This document shows, one piece after another, positions 20,757 to 29,748 of a DNA stretch of 64,000 bases. Where the stretch lies: positions 32,001 to 96,000 of the forward strand of contig JAHHIM010000065.1 of NCBI GenBank assembly GCA_019358915.1, in the 5' to 3' direction. The notes below the pieces were generated by a model, which did not search any database, had not been told where the DNA came from, and worked only from the letters and a program-made list of their open reading frames with translations. The stretch comes from Trichormus sp. ATA11-4-KO1. GTDB taxonomy: Bacteria > Cyanobacteriota > Cyanobacteriia > Cyanobacteriales > Nostocaceae. Position numbers and translations under genes: made by a program. Position 1 is the first letter of the stretch. Each line of letters starts with the position of its first letter.

Positions 20757-21473
20757 TTAAGAAGCACAACAATTTTTTAGATAGTTATAAAACTCACGAA
20801 ATAAAGGGCATTTTGGTTGGACTGTATCAGGATTTATATGGCTTAATAGCTCTGGTGTATGTAACCCTTTAGAAAATGGTTTGGAATTGCTATTAAATTC
20901 AGGTATGACACTAGAATCGACGAGCGCTTGTGATAGCTTTTCTTGACAACAATCTTTTTCTTTATCGTACTCACTAAATGATTCTGGATTATCAAAAGGA
21001 ATATTTTTTTCTGTACTCAACCAGTGACACATACTTTGCTGCCTGCGTTTAAAATCAGGATGTCTAGCTACTGAATTAGTCCAGTCTGCAATAATCCAAG
21101 CTTCTAATTCAGGTGCAGCAAATCCCACAAATTTTTTGATATTGATAGATTCTGGTATTGTTAATATTGCTGATAATATTTTTTCTTGTTGCTCAACAGG
21201 ATTACGACAGTCTAAATCGTCAAAAACTAAAATTAAATCACACTTATCTGGTTCAGATTTTAAAGCAATCGGTAACTCTCTCTTAATTTGTTCAATTAAG
21301 CTTTTACCTGTTTTTCCATAACTATTGACTCTGTTAGGTTTCGGCCCTGGTTTTTGCCGAACTGGGGTTTTTCTTTCAAATTTACACCCAGGAAAATTTT
21401 TTTCTAAAAATGGAATCAGCCCTCTAACTTCAGCTTCCCCACCACCAGCAAAAACCCATACTACCACGGCCAT
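20757..21473 (-). CDS. DUF4276-like (TOPRIM-like) protein
   Basis: N-terminal GGGEAE, central DDLDC, APELEAWII; overlaps the upstream ATPase. Confidence 0.7.
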   Translation of the reverse strand: MAVVVWVFAGGGEAEVRGLIPFLEKNFPGCKFERKTPVRQKPGPKPNRVNSYGKTGKSLIEQIKRELPIALKSEPDKCDLILVFDDLDCRNPVEQQEKILSAILTIPESINIKKFVGFAAPELEAWIIADWTNSVARHPDFKRRQQSMCHWLSTEKNIPFDNPESFSEYDKEKDCCQEKLSQALVDSSVIPEFNSNSKPFSKGLHTPELLSHINPDTVQPKCPLFREFYNYLKNCCAS

Positions 21474-22780
21474 CCTCCAATACTGGGATCGCCAACTCGG
21501 TATAAATCACCTAATTGCCATCCTTCTGCTAGTTTTTCACTGAGCATTTCTGGAGAAAGCGTTTTTATAGAGAAATGCATTTTATCTTCTGAATAAAAAC
21601 AAAAGACATTTTCTAAACAATCTGTGAAATTATCTAAAAGGTCAGGACTGTGTGTGGTAATGATTATTTGGGTTTTTGTGGCAGCTTGTTTAATCCATTC
21701 TGCTAAAATTGGCATCCATGACACATGCAACCCTAATTCTGGCTCATCAATTACTAGTAATGAAGGTAGAATAGGTGAATATAAGATAGTTGCCCAACAC
21801 AACATTCTTACAGTTCCATCTGATAATTCATTTAGATAGAAAGCATCTTTAACATCTTCAAAATACAATTCTAAAGTTAGAGATAATCTTCCAGAGCGTA
21901 TAGGTCGAAGACGACGACTTTTTGGTAAAATTGTCTTCACTGCTCGGTTAATATTTTCCTCAAAATCGATATCTTGTTGAATTAAATTATCCAATACTAG
22001 AGGTAAATTATCTCCAGATGCAGATAAATAAATATCACTTGCCCCAATTTTCGGTTCTGACATTCTAATTTTATGCAAATCCATGTTATTGGCATTGTAA
22101 AATTGCCAATGGGAAATAAATGCTATTAAGTCTCGCCTAATTTTATAAACTGGTGTATTTATCAAACTAGTTTCAAGTAACCTTGGAATTATAGACAGAC
22201 CTAACGAATTAACAGGTATATTTTTTAATTCTTCAAATTGGTTTATCAATGTTTTTTCATTAATATTTCTACTATAAACTGATATATCACCTTTACCTAC
22301 TTCTTGATCATGAAATTTATAATAATAGAAAGGTAAAGATGAAGGTATCTCGCCAAAAATACTTACATTTAAATTAGTATATAAACATTCTTGATAAATA
22401 CCAACTCTACTAAGTTTATCTTTACTTACATAAAGAACTAAATCGAGAATGACACTATCTGTATTACCTATTTGTTCATGTTCATTAATTTTGGAAAAAC
22501 AATATGCAAATCCTACTCTAGCAGGGCTTTCTACACTAACATCTAAAATTCTGTTACCGCCAATTTGAGCGATCGCATCTTCAAAACTACTGACACCGCG
22601 ACTTTCATCAGGAGTTGTAGTTAAATTATCTTTTAAAAATTTCAAGCAGCTAATAAAGTTACTTTTACCTGAACCATTCGCACCTATAAAGATATTGAGT
22701 TTCTGTAGTTCGATTACCTTATCTAAAGACAAATTCTTATAATTTTTAGTAGACAAAAAGCGCAGCAGTGGTTGATTCAT
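21461..22780 (-). CDS. ABC-type/AAA_21 (SMC-like) ATPase
   Basis: GANGSGKSN (Walker A), LSDGT signature, IDEPELGLH (Walker B), TTHSP. Confidence 0.9.
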   Translation of the reverse strand: MNQPLLRFLSTKNYKNLSLDKVIELQKLNIFIGANGSGKSNFISCLKFLKDNLTTTPDESRGVSSFEDAIAQIGGNRILDVSVESPARVGFAYCFSKINEHEQIGNTDSVILDLVLYVSKDKLSRVGIYQECLYTNLNVSIFGEIPSSLPFYYYKFHDQEVGKGDISVYSRNINEKTLINQFEELKNIPVNSLGLSIIPRLLETSLINTPVYKIRRDLIAFISHWQFYNANNMDLHKIRMSEPKIGASDIYLSASGDNLPLVLDNLIQQDIDFEENINRAVKTILPKSRRLRPIRSGRLSLTLELYFEDVKDAFYLNELSDGTVRMLCWATILYSPILPSLLVIDEPELGLHVSWMPILAEWIKQAATKTQIIITTHSPDLLDNFTDCLENVFCFYSEDKMHFSIKTLSPEMLSEKLAEGWQLGDLYRVGDPSIGGWPW

Positions 22781-22979
22781 AAAACTAAAAATAAATTTAT
22801 GTCAGTTTCTAACTAGAAAATAATATTTTTCAATTTTACACATTGATGACTAATAGCAAACAAGAAAATCTCTATTGAGACAATTTGCAACAAAACTGAT
22901 TTAGAAGCCACCTTTAGATATATTTGCGCCATATCCAAAACGTTTATCCTAAAGAGGACGGTTAACTATAGGAAATTCT

Positions 22980-23993
22980 ATGGAGACGCTTAAGTATTTT
23001 CTTCCCCAGGTATGGTTTGTAATTTTAGCTCTCTTTCTCTTCCTCTACGTGATGCTAGATGGATTTGACTTAGGGGTGGGGATATTATCTCTCACCTCCT
23101 CTGATGAGGAACGTCGGGGCATTTTGATGACCAGCTTGAGTAATATTTGGGATGCCAATGAAACCTGGTTAGTACTCATGGCAGGGGGTTTATTTGGTGC
23201 ATTTCCTCTAGCTTATGGCACGATTTTGAATGCCCTCTACATTCCTATTATTGTGATGGTGTTTGGCTTCATTTTTCGGGCTGTAGCATTTGAGTTTCGC
23301 GAATTAGCAAACCGCAAATTCTTTTGGAACTTTGCTTTTGGTGCTGGGAGTTTTACCGCCGCACTCGGTCAAGGTTTCGCCCTTGGTGCGGTGCTGAAGG
23401 GTATTAATGTTGATGAGGCGGGACACTTTATTGGTACAACTTGGGATTGGTTGAGTATTCCATCAGTGTTAGTGGCTTTGACGTTAATTCAAGCATACGT
23501 GCTAATTGGCTCCACTTATCTGGTGTGGAAAACTACAGGGGAATTACAGACTACTCACTTTAAGACTGCCAAAATTGCGGCTTGGACAACTTTAATCGGT
23601 GCAATTTTCATCACAATTACAACACCAATAATTTATGAAAGTGCTAGGTCTCGCTTATTTCAACAACCTCTAGTTTATATATTTGCGGTGATTCCCGTGT
23701 TGGGAGTGCTATTAATTTGGCAACTCATCAACAGTCTCAATCGCGAAGAAGAAAGAGCGCCTTTTGTTTGGACAATTCTGCTGTTCGTGTTAACATTTCT
23801 GGGATTAGGATTGATTGTTTTTCCCTACATTATTCCTAGGCAGATTACTATTTATGAGGCAGCTGCTGATCCGAGTTCATTGGTGATTATGATTATTTTT
23901 ATTGGTTTCCTTATTCCCGTGATGTTGTTTTATAACCTTTACCAGTACATTGTTTTCCGGGGTAAGGTAACTGGCGGTCAATATGGGGAGTAG
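22980..23993 (+). CDS. cydB: Cytochrome bd ubiquinol oxidase subunit II
   Basis: YVMLDGFDLGVG, WDANETWLV, FGAFP.AY, FRAVAFEFR, VFRGKV. Confidence 0.93.
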   Translation: METLKYFLPQVWFVILALFLFLYVMLDGFDLGVGILSLTSSDEERRGILMTSLSNIWDANETWLVLMAGGLFGAFPLAYGTILNALYIPIIVMVFGFIFRAVAFEFRELANRKFFWNFAFGAGSFTAALGQGFALGAVLKGINVDEAGHFIGTTWDWLSIPSVLVALTLIQAYVLIGSTYLVWKTTGELQTTHFKTAKIAAWTTLIGAIFITITTPIIYESARSRLFQQPLVYIFAVIPVLGVLLIWQLINSLNREEERAPFVWTILLFVLTFLGLGLIVFPYIIPRQITIYEAAADPSSLVIMIIFIGFLIPVMLFYNLYQYIVFRGKVTGGQYGE

Positions 23994-24087
23994 ATCCCAC
24001 CCTGCAAGCACAGTTAGTCACATAAAATCAGCTTGTGTTTTCGTGAAAAATATTCAGTAAGTTTCTGTATTATGAGGGTTTTGAGTT

Positions 24088-24564
24088 ATGAAAGTAGCTG
24101 ATTTACCCACATCGGTAATTGAAGAATTAATTACCAGCGAATATTGGCGAATTGATATTGACCCTGGTCTTGATGCAAAACATGAGTTTTTCATACGCTG
24201 GGAATATTTACTACCAAACCCGCATACTGCAAATTATGAACCAGGGGAGCTAGCAGAGTTTGTCAACTTTAACGGCTATGATATACTCCTGCCAATTGGA
24301 CAGAACCACCACCCGCACCTGAATTTGCTGCGGTTAAATGTTAGTGCAGATGAGACTTCATTGACGCTATTTCTCTTTGATACTTATCACGGTAGTTGGT
24401 TTGACGATATACATTCTGCCCGTTACGGTTTTTTGGCAGTTGGCGATCGCTATCAAAAATACGGGTGTAACTTTTTTATCGCCTCTTACTACCATTTCTC
24501 TTATCTAGTTGGGCAAGATTACGAAAATGCCTGCTCCATTATGCAGCAAAGGTTAAGTGTTTAA
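24088..24564 (+). CDS. Hypothetical protein
   Basis: 158-aa ORF filling the gap between cydB and the ABC genes; no recognised family. Confidence 0.7.
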   Translation: MKVADLPTSVIEELITSEYWRIDIDPGLDAKHEFFIRWEYLLPNPHTANYEPGELAEFVNFNGYDILLPIGQNHHPHLNLLRLNVSADETSLTLFLFDTYHGSWFDDIHSARYGFLAVGDRYQKYGCNFFIASYYHFSYLVGQDYENACSIMQQRLSV

Positions 24565-24714
24565 AATCTAATGAATTGCTTGGCGAACATCCTTGCACCT
24601 CAAATTAACTCATAAAATCACGGAACGTAGCCAAGCGATCGCCTGACCTCACACTACTCATCTACAATAGGAATAGAATTTGTTGAGATTTGTATATTTA
24701 GGGGTTAAGCTGTC

Positions 24715-25734
24715 ATGGCTCCCGCCGTTTTAATTGAAAATCTACAAAAGAGCTACGGTACAGTAGTCGCTGTCAAGGATGTTTCTTTTCAGGTAGAACC
24801 AGGAGAAATCTTTGGCCTACTCGGCCCTAACGGTGCTGGGAAAACTACGACTCTACGTGCCTTGTGTACTTTGACTACACCGGATGCTGGCAAAATCACA
24901 GTATCTGGCATCTCAGTTATAGATAACCCCAGAATCGCCAGACAAAAGCTCGGCTATGTGGCTCAAGAAGTTGCATTAGATAAGGTGCTGACTGGAAAAG
25001 AATTGCTGCAACTGCAAGCGGCACTTTATCATATTCCGGGAGCAGTAGCCAAACAGCGTATCGACATGGTTCTCGATTTACTTGGTTTGCAGGAATACGC
25101 TCATAAAAAGACAGGAACCTACTCTGGTGGTTTACGCAAGCGCCTTGACTTGGCAGCTGGTTTGCTCCATGCACCAGATGTTTTAGTATTGGATGAACCC
25201 ACGGTGGGTCTTGACATAGAAAGTCGCTTTGTGGTATGGGATTTTCTGCGTCAACTACGCGCCTCTGGCACAACAATACTGATTACCAGCCATTATTTAG
25301 AAGAAATTGATGCCCTAGCCGATCGCGTGGCAATTATTGATCGTGGTACTGTGATTGCGGCTGGTACACCTTCACAATTAAAAGATCAAGTAGGGGGCGA
25401 TCGCATCACATTGCGAATCCGCGAGTTTTCCCCACTTGAGGAAGCCGAAAAAGCCAAACACCTCTTGCAAGATTTGCCCTTTGTGCAAGAAGTAATCATC
25501 AACAGCGCTCAAGGTAATTCCCTCAACTTGGTGGTGACACCCCAAAATGATGCCCTAATTACTATCCAGCAATCACTGAACACCGTCGGCTTGCCTATAT
25601 TTGGTATTGCTCAATCTCGCCCCAGCCTGGATGACGTTTACCTCGCTGCTACGGGACGCACCTTGCTGGATGCAGAACTCGCAGCAGTTGCTAATCGTGA
25701 CCCCAAAGCAGAGAAAAAGCAGAATATGAGGTAA
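24715..25734 (+). CDS. ABC exporter ATP-binding protein (DrrA-like)
   Basis: GPNGAGKTT, YSGG, LDEPTVGLD, SHYLEE. Confidence 0.93.
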   Translation: MAPAVLIENLQKSYGTVVAVKDVSFQVEPGEIFGLLGPNGAGKTTTLRALCTLTTPDAGKITVSGISVIDNPRIARQKLGYVAQEVALDKVLTGKELLQLQAALYHIPGAVAKQRIDMVLDLLGLQEYAHKKTGTYSGGLRKRLDLAAGLLHAPDVLVLDEPTVGLDIESRFVVWDFLRQLRASGTTILITSHYLEEIDALADRVAIIDRGTVIAAGTPSQLKDQVGGDRITLRIREFSPLEEAEKAKHLLQDLPFVQEVIINSAQGNSLNLVVTPQNDALITIQQSLNTVGLPIFGIAQSRPSLDDVYLAATGRTLLDAELAAVANRDPKAEKKQNMR

Positions 25735-25764
25735 TTCGTAATTCGTAATTCGTAATTCGTAATT
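25731..25764. repeat. Heptamer tandem repeat (GTAATTC)x~5, STRR type
   Basis: Read directly. Confidence 0.9.
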
Positions 25765-25790
25765 ACCTAGTCCCTACTCCCCAAATTCCT

Positions 25791-26678
25791 ATGAGTGTTA
25801 CCCCTAAATCAGAAATGAATTGGCAGCAATTGGCATCACCGCCAACAGATATTAATACTCAGCCCAATTTTTTCGGTGAATTAGTACAAGAGACATTAGC
25901 TTTAACTCGTCGCTTGTTTATTCAATTACAACGCCGTCCTTCATCTTTGGTTGCCGGAATTATTCAGCCAGTGATGTGGTTGGTGCTATTTGGTGCTTTG
26001 TTCCAAAATGCTCCCAAGGGTATATTTGGGAATACGACAAATTACGGTCAGTTTCTGGCTGCTGGCATAATTGTTTTCACGGCATTTGCTGGGGCATTAA
26101 ATGCTGGTTTGCCTGTAATGTTTGACCGAGAATTCGGATTTTTAAATCGTTTGCTAGTTGCACCTTTAGCATCACGATTTTCCATTGTTTTTGCGTCGGC
26201 CATCTTTATTATTAGCCAAAGTTTATTACAAGCAGCCGTAATTGTGGCAGCCGCAGCCTTTTTAGGTGCGGGGTTACCGGATGCATTAGGTTTAGGTGCG
26301 ATCGCTTTAATTGTCTTTTTGCTAGCTTTGGGTGTAACCGCCATCTCCCTTGGTTTAGCTTTTGCCTTACCCGGTCACATTGAATTAATTGCAGTAATTT
26401 TTGTCACTAACCTGCCATTGTTGTTTGCAAGTACCGCCTTAGCTCCTCTATCTTTCATGCCTCAATGGTTGCAGGTTGTCGCTACTTTAAATCCTCTCAG
26501 CTATGCCATTGAACCAATACGCTATCTTTATCTTCATAGCAATTGGGGACTAGATAGTGTAGTAATGCAAGCGCCTTGGGGTAATGTTACCTTTGGTGGA
26601 GCGCTGCTGGTGTTGTTTGGCTTTGCTCTAATTGCTTTGTTGAGCATTCAACCCCGACTACGGCGGACTCTTGCTTAA
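25791..26678 (+). CDS. ABC-2 type permease
   Basis: DREFGFLNRLLVAP, NPLSYA; about 6 TM helices. Confidence 0.92.
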   Translation: MSVTPKSEMNWQQLASPPTDINTQPNFFGELVQETLALTRRLFIQLQRRPSSLVAGIIQPVMWLVLFGALFQNAPKGIFGNTTNYGQFLAAGIIVFTAFAGALNAGLPVMFDREFGFLNRLLVAPLASRFSIVFASAIFIISQSLLQAAVIVAAAAFLGAGLPDALGLGAIALIVFLLALGVTAISLGLAFALPGHIELIAVIFVTNLPLLFASTALAPLSFMPQWLQVVATLNPLSYAIEPIRYLYLHSNWGLDSVVMQAPWGNVTFGGALLVLFGFALIALLSIQPRLRRTLA

Positions 26679-26722
26679 AATGAAAACTTGATTGGTTAAA
26701 GCAATTTAAGGGTTAAAACTCC

Positions 26723-27082
26723 ATGAAAACATCATTTTCCCCTGTAACTACACTTTCTGTCGCCACCGCAGTAGGAATTAGCCTTGCTTCTTTATTCATA
26801 ACTCAACCAAGCTTGGCTCAATTCAACAATTCAGTGGATCGTGGTACAAACCAAAATACTGATCCGTTTGCTCGTCCGGATTCCGGTGATTTGAATGTAT
26901 TTGACCTAATTCATCAGGCGAATTTTGGCAATATTAACTGGAATCCTTCTCAACAGCAAGAACAACTGAACTCAGAAGCAGAAAGATTTAGAGCTGCACA
27001 ACAAAAAGCTTATGAAGAAAGACAGCAGAAGTTAAATACAAATTCGCCATCGAGTACACCTGAAGAAACTCAATTGCCTTAA
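26723..27082 (+). CDS. Hypothetical secreted protein
   Basis: Signal peptide ending PSLAQ; FDLIH motif. Confidence 0.7.
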   Translation: MKTSFSPVTTLSVATAVGISLASLFITQPSLAQFNNSVDRGTNQNTDPFARPDSGDLNVFDLIHQANFGNINWNPSQQQEQLNSEAERFRAAQQKAYEERQQKLNTNSPSSTPEETQLP

Positions 27083-27095
27083 ATTTCAACTCAAA

Positions 27096-27130
27096 ACCTC
27101 AACTTTCACCTTAAGGGTGAAAGTTGAGGT
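27096..27130. terminator. Bidirectional hairpin, 15-bp perfect stem
   Basis: acctcaactttcacc-ttaag-ggtgaaagttgaggt between convergent genes. Confidence 0.8.
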
Positions 27131-27149
27131 CAAGCAAAACAACTAAAAA

Positions 27150-27587
27150 CTACAGACCTAGTGCAGCTAAAAGATCGCTAGCATGGGTAGTAGTATTCAC
27201 GCTGGCATCAACATGAACAATTTTGCCATTAGGGTCAATTACGTAAGTGACGCGTTTAGCATAACCACCACCATCAACATCGTAAGCTTTGATTAAACTT
27301 TGGTTGGTGTCAGCCAACAAGGGAAAATTCAGATTATATTTTTGGGTGAATGCCTGATGAGAAGCTTCATCATCTGCACTGACTCCTAACACGACAACAT
27401 CTTTACCTTGATAATCAGGTTGGGCATCCCGGAAGCTACAAGCTTGTTTAGTGCAGCCTGGGGTGTCATCTTTGGGGTAGAAATATAAAACAACTGTCTT
27501 CCCAGCAAAATCAGATAACGAAACGGTATTGCCGTTAGTATCTTTAACGGTAAATGCAGGTGCATCCGTACCAACTGCTAGAGGCAT
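27150..27587 (-). CDS. bcp: Peroxiredoxin Q / BCP
   Basis: FYPKDDTPGCTKQACSFRD. Confidence 0.93.
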   Translation of the reverse strand: MPLAVGTDAPAFTVKDTNGNTVSLSDFAGKTVVLYFYPKDDTPGCTKQACSFRDAQPDYQGKDVVVLGVSADDEASHQAFTQKYNLNFPLLADTNQSLIKAYDVDGGGYAKRVTYVIDPNGKIVHVDASVNTTTHASDLLAALGL

Positions 27588-27692
27588 AATGACCCTTTCC
27601 TATTTTAGATTGATGACTTTGAAATTTTACAATAATTGTTACATAACATTCGTAAAAGCAGTTTTCAGCTATTTTTGAGTAGCATTTGAGTA

Positions 27693-27823
27693 TCAAAAAT
27701 CTGGGCATTCACTTTTAGTCACATCTGGATGACAGTAGTACGTTAATACTGTCTTGATGTCATCTCCCAACCAATACGCTACTTTCTCCGGCGATATCCC
27801 AGATGCGATCGCCCAAGTTGCAA
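27693..27823 (-). pseudogene. C-terminal remnant of a tyrosine recombinase/integrase
   Basis: Hand translation ATWAIASGISPEKVAYWLGDDIKTVLTYYCHPDVTKSECPDF*, resembling box II after RHTF; upstream part absent. Confidence 0.6.
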
Positions 27824-28171
27824 CCCCAACAACTATTGGGAAGTCTAAAATATGTCCTTAAAGTCAGGGTTTTCAGCTTTTGACTCAGTGGGAATGCGTA
27901 TCGCCTTAGTTTCTTTATGTTGCCAAGCGCTACCCGTCCATGTCGTCGCTGTCCTTCCGCCGCCTCTCATAAAAAAGCCCCTATTGCCTTGTACAAGGCA
28001 TTATAGGGGAAGTTGCTACGGTGCAAATTTTATAAATTACTAGAGTGAAGGCAAAGAAGGGTAGTTATGATCTACCAATCTTGCATGATCAAGCTAAAAA
28101 CAAAAAGAACCGTAGTGTATGACACCTACGGTATGGGATAAATCTGAGATTAGCTAAACGCGGGATAAGTA

Positions 28172-28612
28172 CTAGTCCCTGGCAATAACTATATCGTTGG
28201 ACTTAATGACTACATAAGCATCTTTCCCCTCAGACAAATCTAATTCCTCTGCTGATACTCTGGTGATAACTGAGGTTAACTCAACTTTTTGAGTAATCTC
28301 TAGCGTCACCTCAGTATTAACCGCTCCATTGACAACTCTTTTAACAATACCCTTCAGAACATTGCGGGAGCTAACTTTTAGTGGTTTTCTCTGAATACTA
28401 ATTTCCCTTTCCGGTTCTGGAGTGTCAACATTTTCCTGTTCTTTGTACTTACTTGCTAGCGATTCTGGTAGAGACTGCGAATTGAGACCACGCACGAGTT
28501 CTCTGAGAATCTCGGTTTTGGTTCTCTGAGACTGTTCGCAGAACTTCTCCAGAATTTTCCGCTCCTCTTCTGAGGTTTGGAATGTAACCCACCCTTGTTC
28601 CTTTCTCGGCAT
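28172..28612 (-). CDS. Molybdenum-pterin binding (TOBE/Mop) protein with N-terminal RHH-like domain
   Basis: SSRNVLKG.V, SVIT..SAEELDL, VVIKS; divergent from modA. Confidence 0.88.
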   Translation of the reverse strand: MPRKEQGWVTFQTSEEERKILEKFCEQSQRTKTEILRELVRGLNSQSLPESLASKYKEQENVDTPEPEREISIQRKPLKVSSRNVLKGIVKRVVNGAVNTEVTLEITQKVELTSVITRVSAEELDLSEGKDAYVVIKSNDIVIARD

Positions 28613-28709
28613 AACATTACCAATTTTGTTGGAAAAATTGGGTTAGTTTGGTACTATGTTTACCAACCCCCAATTTCATCAAAAGAATTTCTCCCAGTAT
28701 GGTTATTAT

Positions 28710-29504
28710 ATGAACAGGAGACGAGTTTTTACCTTTATTGGTATAGCAGTTACTAGCTTATTGCTTACAACTAGCCGGCCTTTGATTGCTCCCACTCCAG
28801 CAGTAGCACAGTCAAACGCCAACCTACTTGTGTCTGCTGCTGCCAGTTTGCAAGAAGCACTAGCAGAAATCAAGCCTCTTTACCAACAAAGTAAGCCAAA
28901 CATCAACATTAGTTACAATTTTGGAGCTTCTGGTGCCTTGCAGCAACAGATTGAGCAAGGCGCTTCCGCAGATATCTTTATTTCTGCGGCTAGCAGGCAA
29001 GTAGATACATTAGAGCAAAAAGGCCTCCTTGTTCCAGGTACTCGTACCAACCTGGCAAATAACCGTCTGGTATTGATTGTACCTAAGAATACTGTTGCTA
29101 TTACTAGCTTTGATAATTTGGCAGATGCCAAAATTAAGAAAATCGCGGTGGGAGAACCTAGAAGTGTTCCCGCAGGTCAATATGCTGACCAGGTTTTGCA
29201 GAAATTGGGCATTTTTAATCAGGTCAAGTCTAAATTAGTTTTGGGTAACAATGTGCGTCAAGTTTTGGCAGCAGTAGAGAGTGGTAATGCTGATGCAGGC
29301 CTGGTTTATGTTACAGATGCAAAAATTTCTCACAAAGTTAAAGTTGTAGTTGCTGCTGACGATAAATATCACTCTGGAATTGTTTATCCCATGGCAGTGA
29401 TTAAAAGCAGTAAAAATGTTCCTGCTGCCAAAGAATTTATTGAGTTTTTATCTGGTAATCAAGCCAAAGCTGTACTTGCAAAATACGGATTTATTGTGCG
29501 TTAA
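28710..29504 (+). CDS. modA: Molybdate ABC transporter substrate-binding protein
   Basis: VSAAASL, FGASGAL..QI.QGA, VPAGQYA, NVRQVL, VY.TDA. Confidence 0.95.
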   Translation: MNRRRVFTFIGIAVTSLLLTTSRPLIAPTPAVAQSNANLLVSAAASLQEALAEIKPLYQQSKPNINISYNFGASGALQQQIEQGASADIFISAASRQVDTLEQKGLLVPGTRTNLANNRLVLIVPKNTVAITSFDNLADAKIKKIAVGEPRSVPAGQYADQVLQKLGIFNQVKSKLVLGNNVRQVLAAVESGNADAGLVYVTDAKISHKVKVVVAADDKYHSGIVYPMAVIKSSKNVPAAKEFIEFLSGNQAKAVLAKYGFIVR

Positions 29505-29604
29505 TTAGCAATCTTTTAGTTCATATCAAACAGTAAATATAGAAGTTTTTAGATAGATTATTTATGTATCTTGCAAGAAATATCTAGGCATCATTAAACA
29601 TACA

Positions 29605-29688
29605 GTAAATTCTAGTTCGTAGTGAGTGATGCATCGCTTATTCAGGATGTTCAGGACTAAAGTCCTGACTACAAACTTTAATTTATTT
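29605..29688. repeat. Dispersed palindromic repeat, copy 1
   Basis: gttcgtagtgag.gat..atcgctt...ctgactacaaacttt.atttattt, also found at 53832-53918. Confidence 0.7.
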
Positions 29689-29748
29689 ATCTATGACTTC
29701 CCCATCAGCAGCCTATATAGATCATCAATATCAGAAATTATCTCCAAA

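Noticed and set aside
25731..25764. CRISPR array
   Set aside because: A spacerless heptamer STRR; no repeat-spacer arrays or cas genes anywhere in the window.
27852..28043. 63-aa plus-strand ORF
   Set aside because: No motifs; the opposite strand carries the more plausible remnant.
29626..29748. N-terminal extension of ModBC in the ORF track
   Set aside because: It translates a dispersed repeat; ModB-like sequence begins at ATG 29749.
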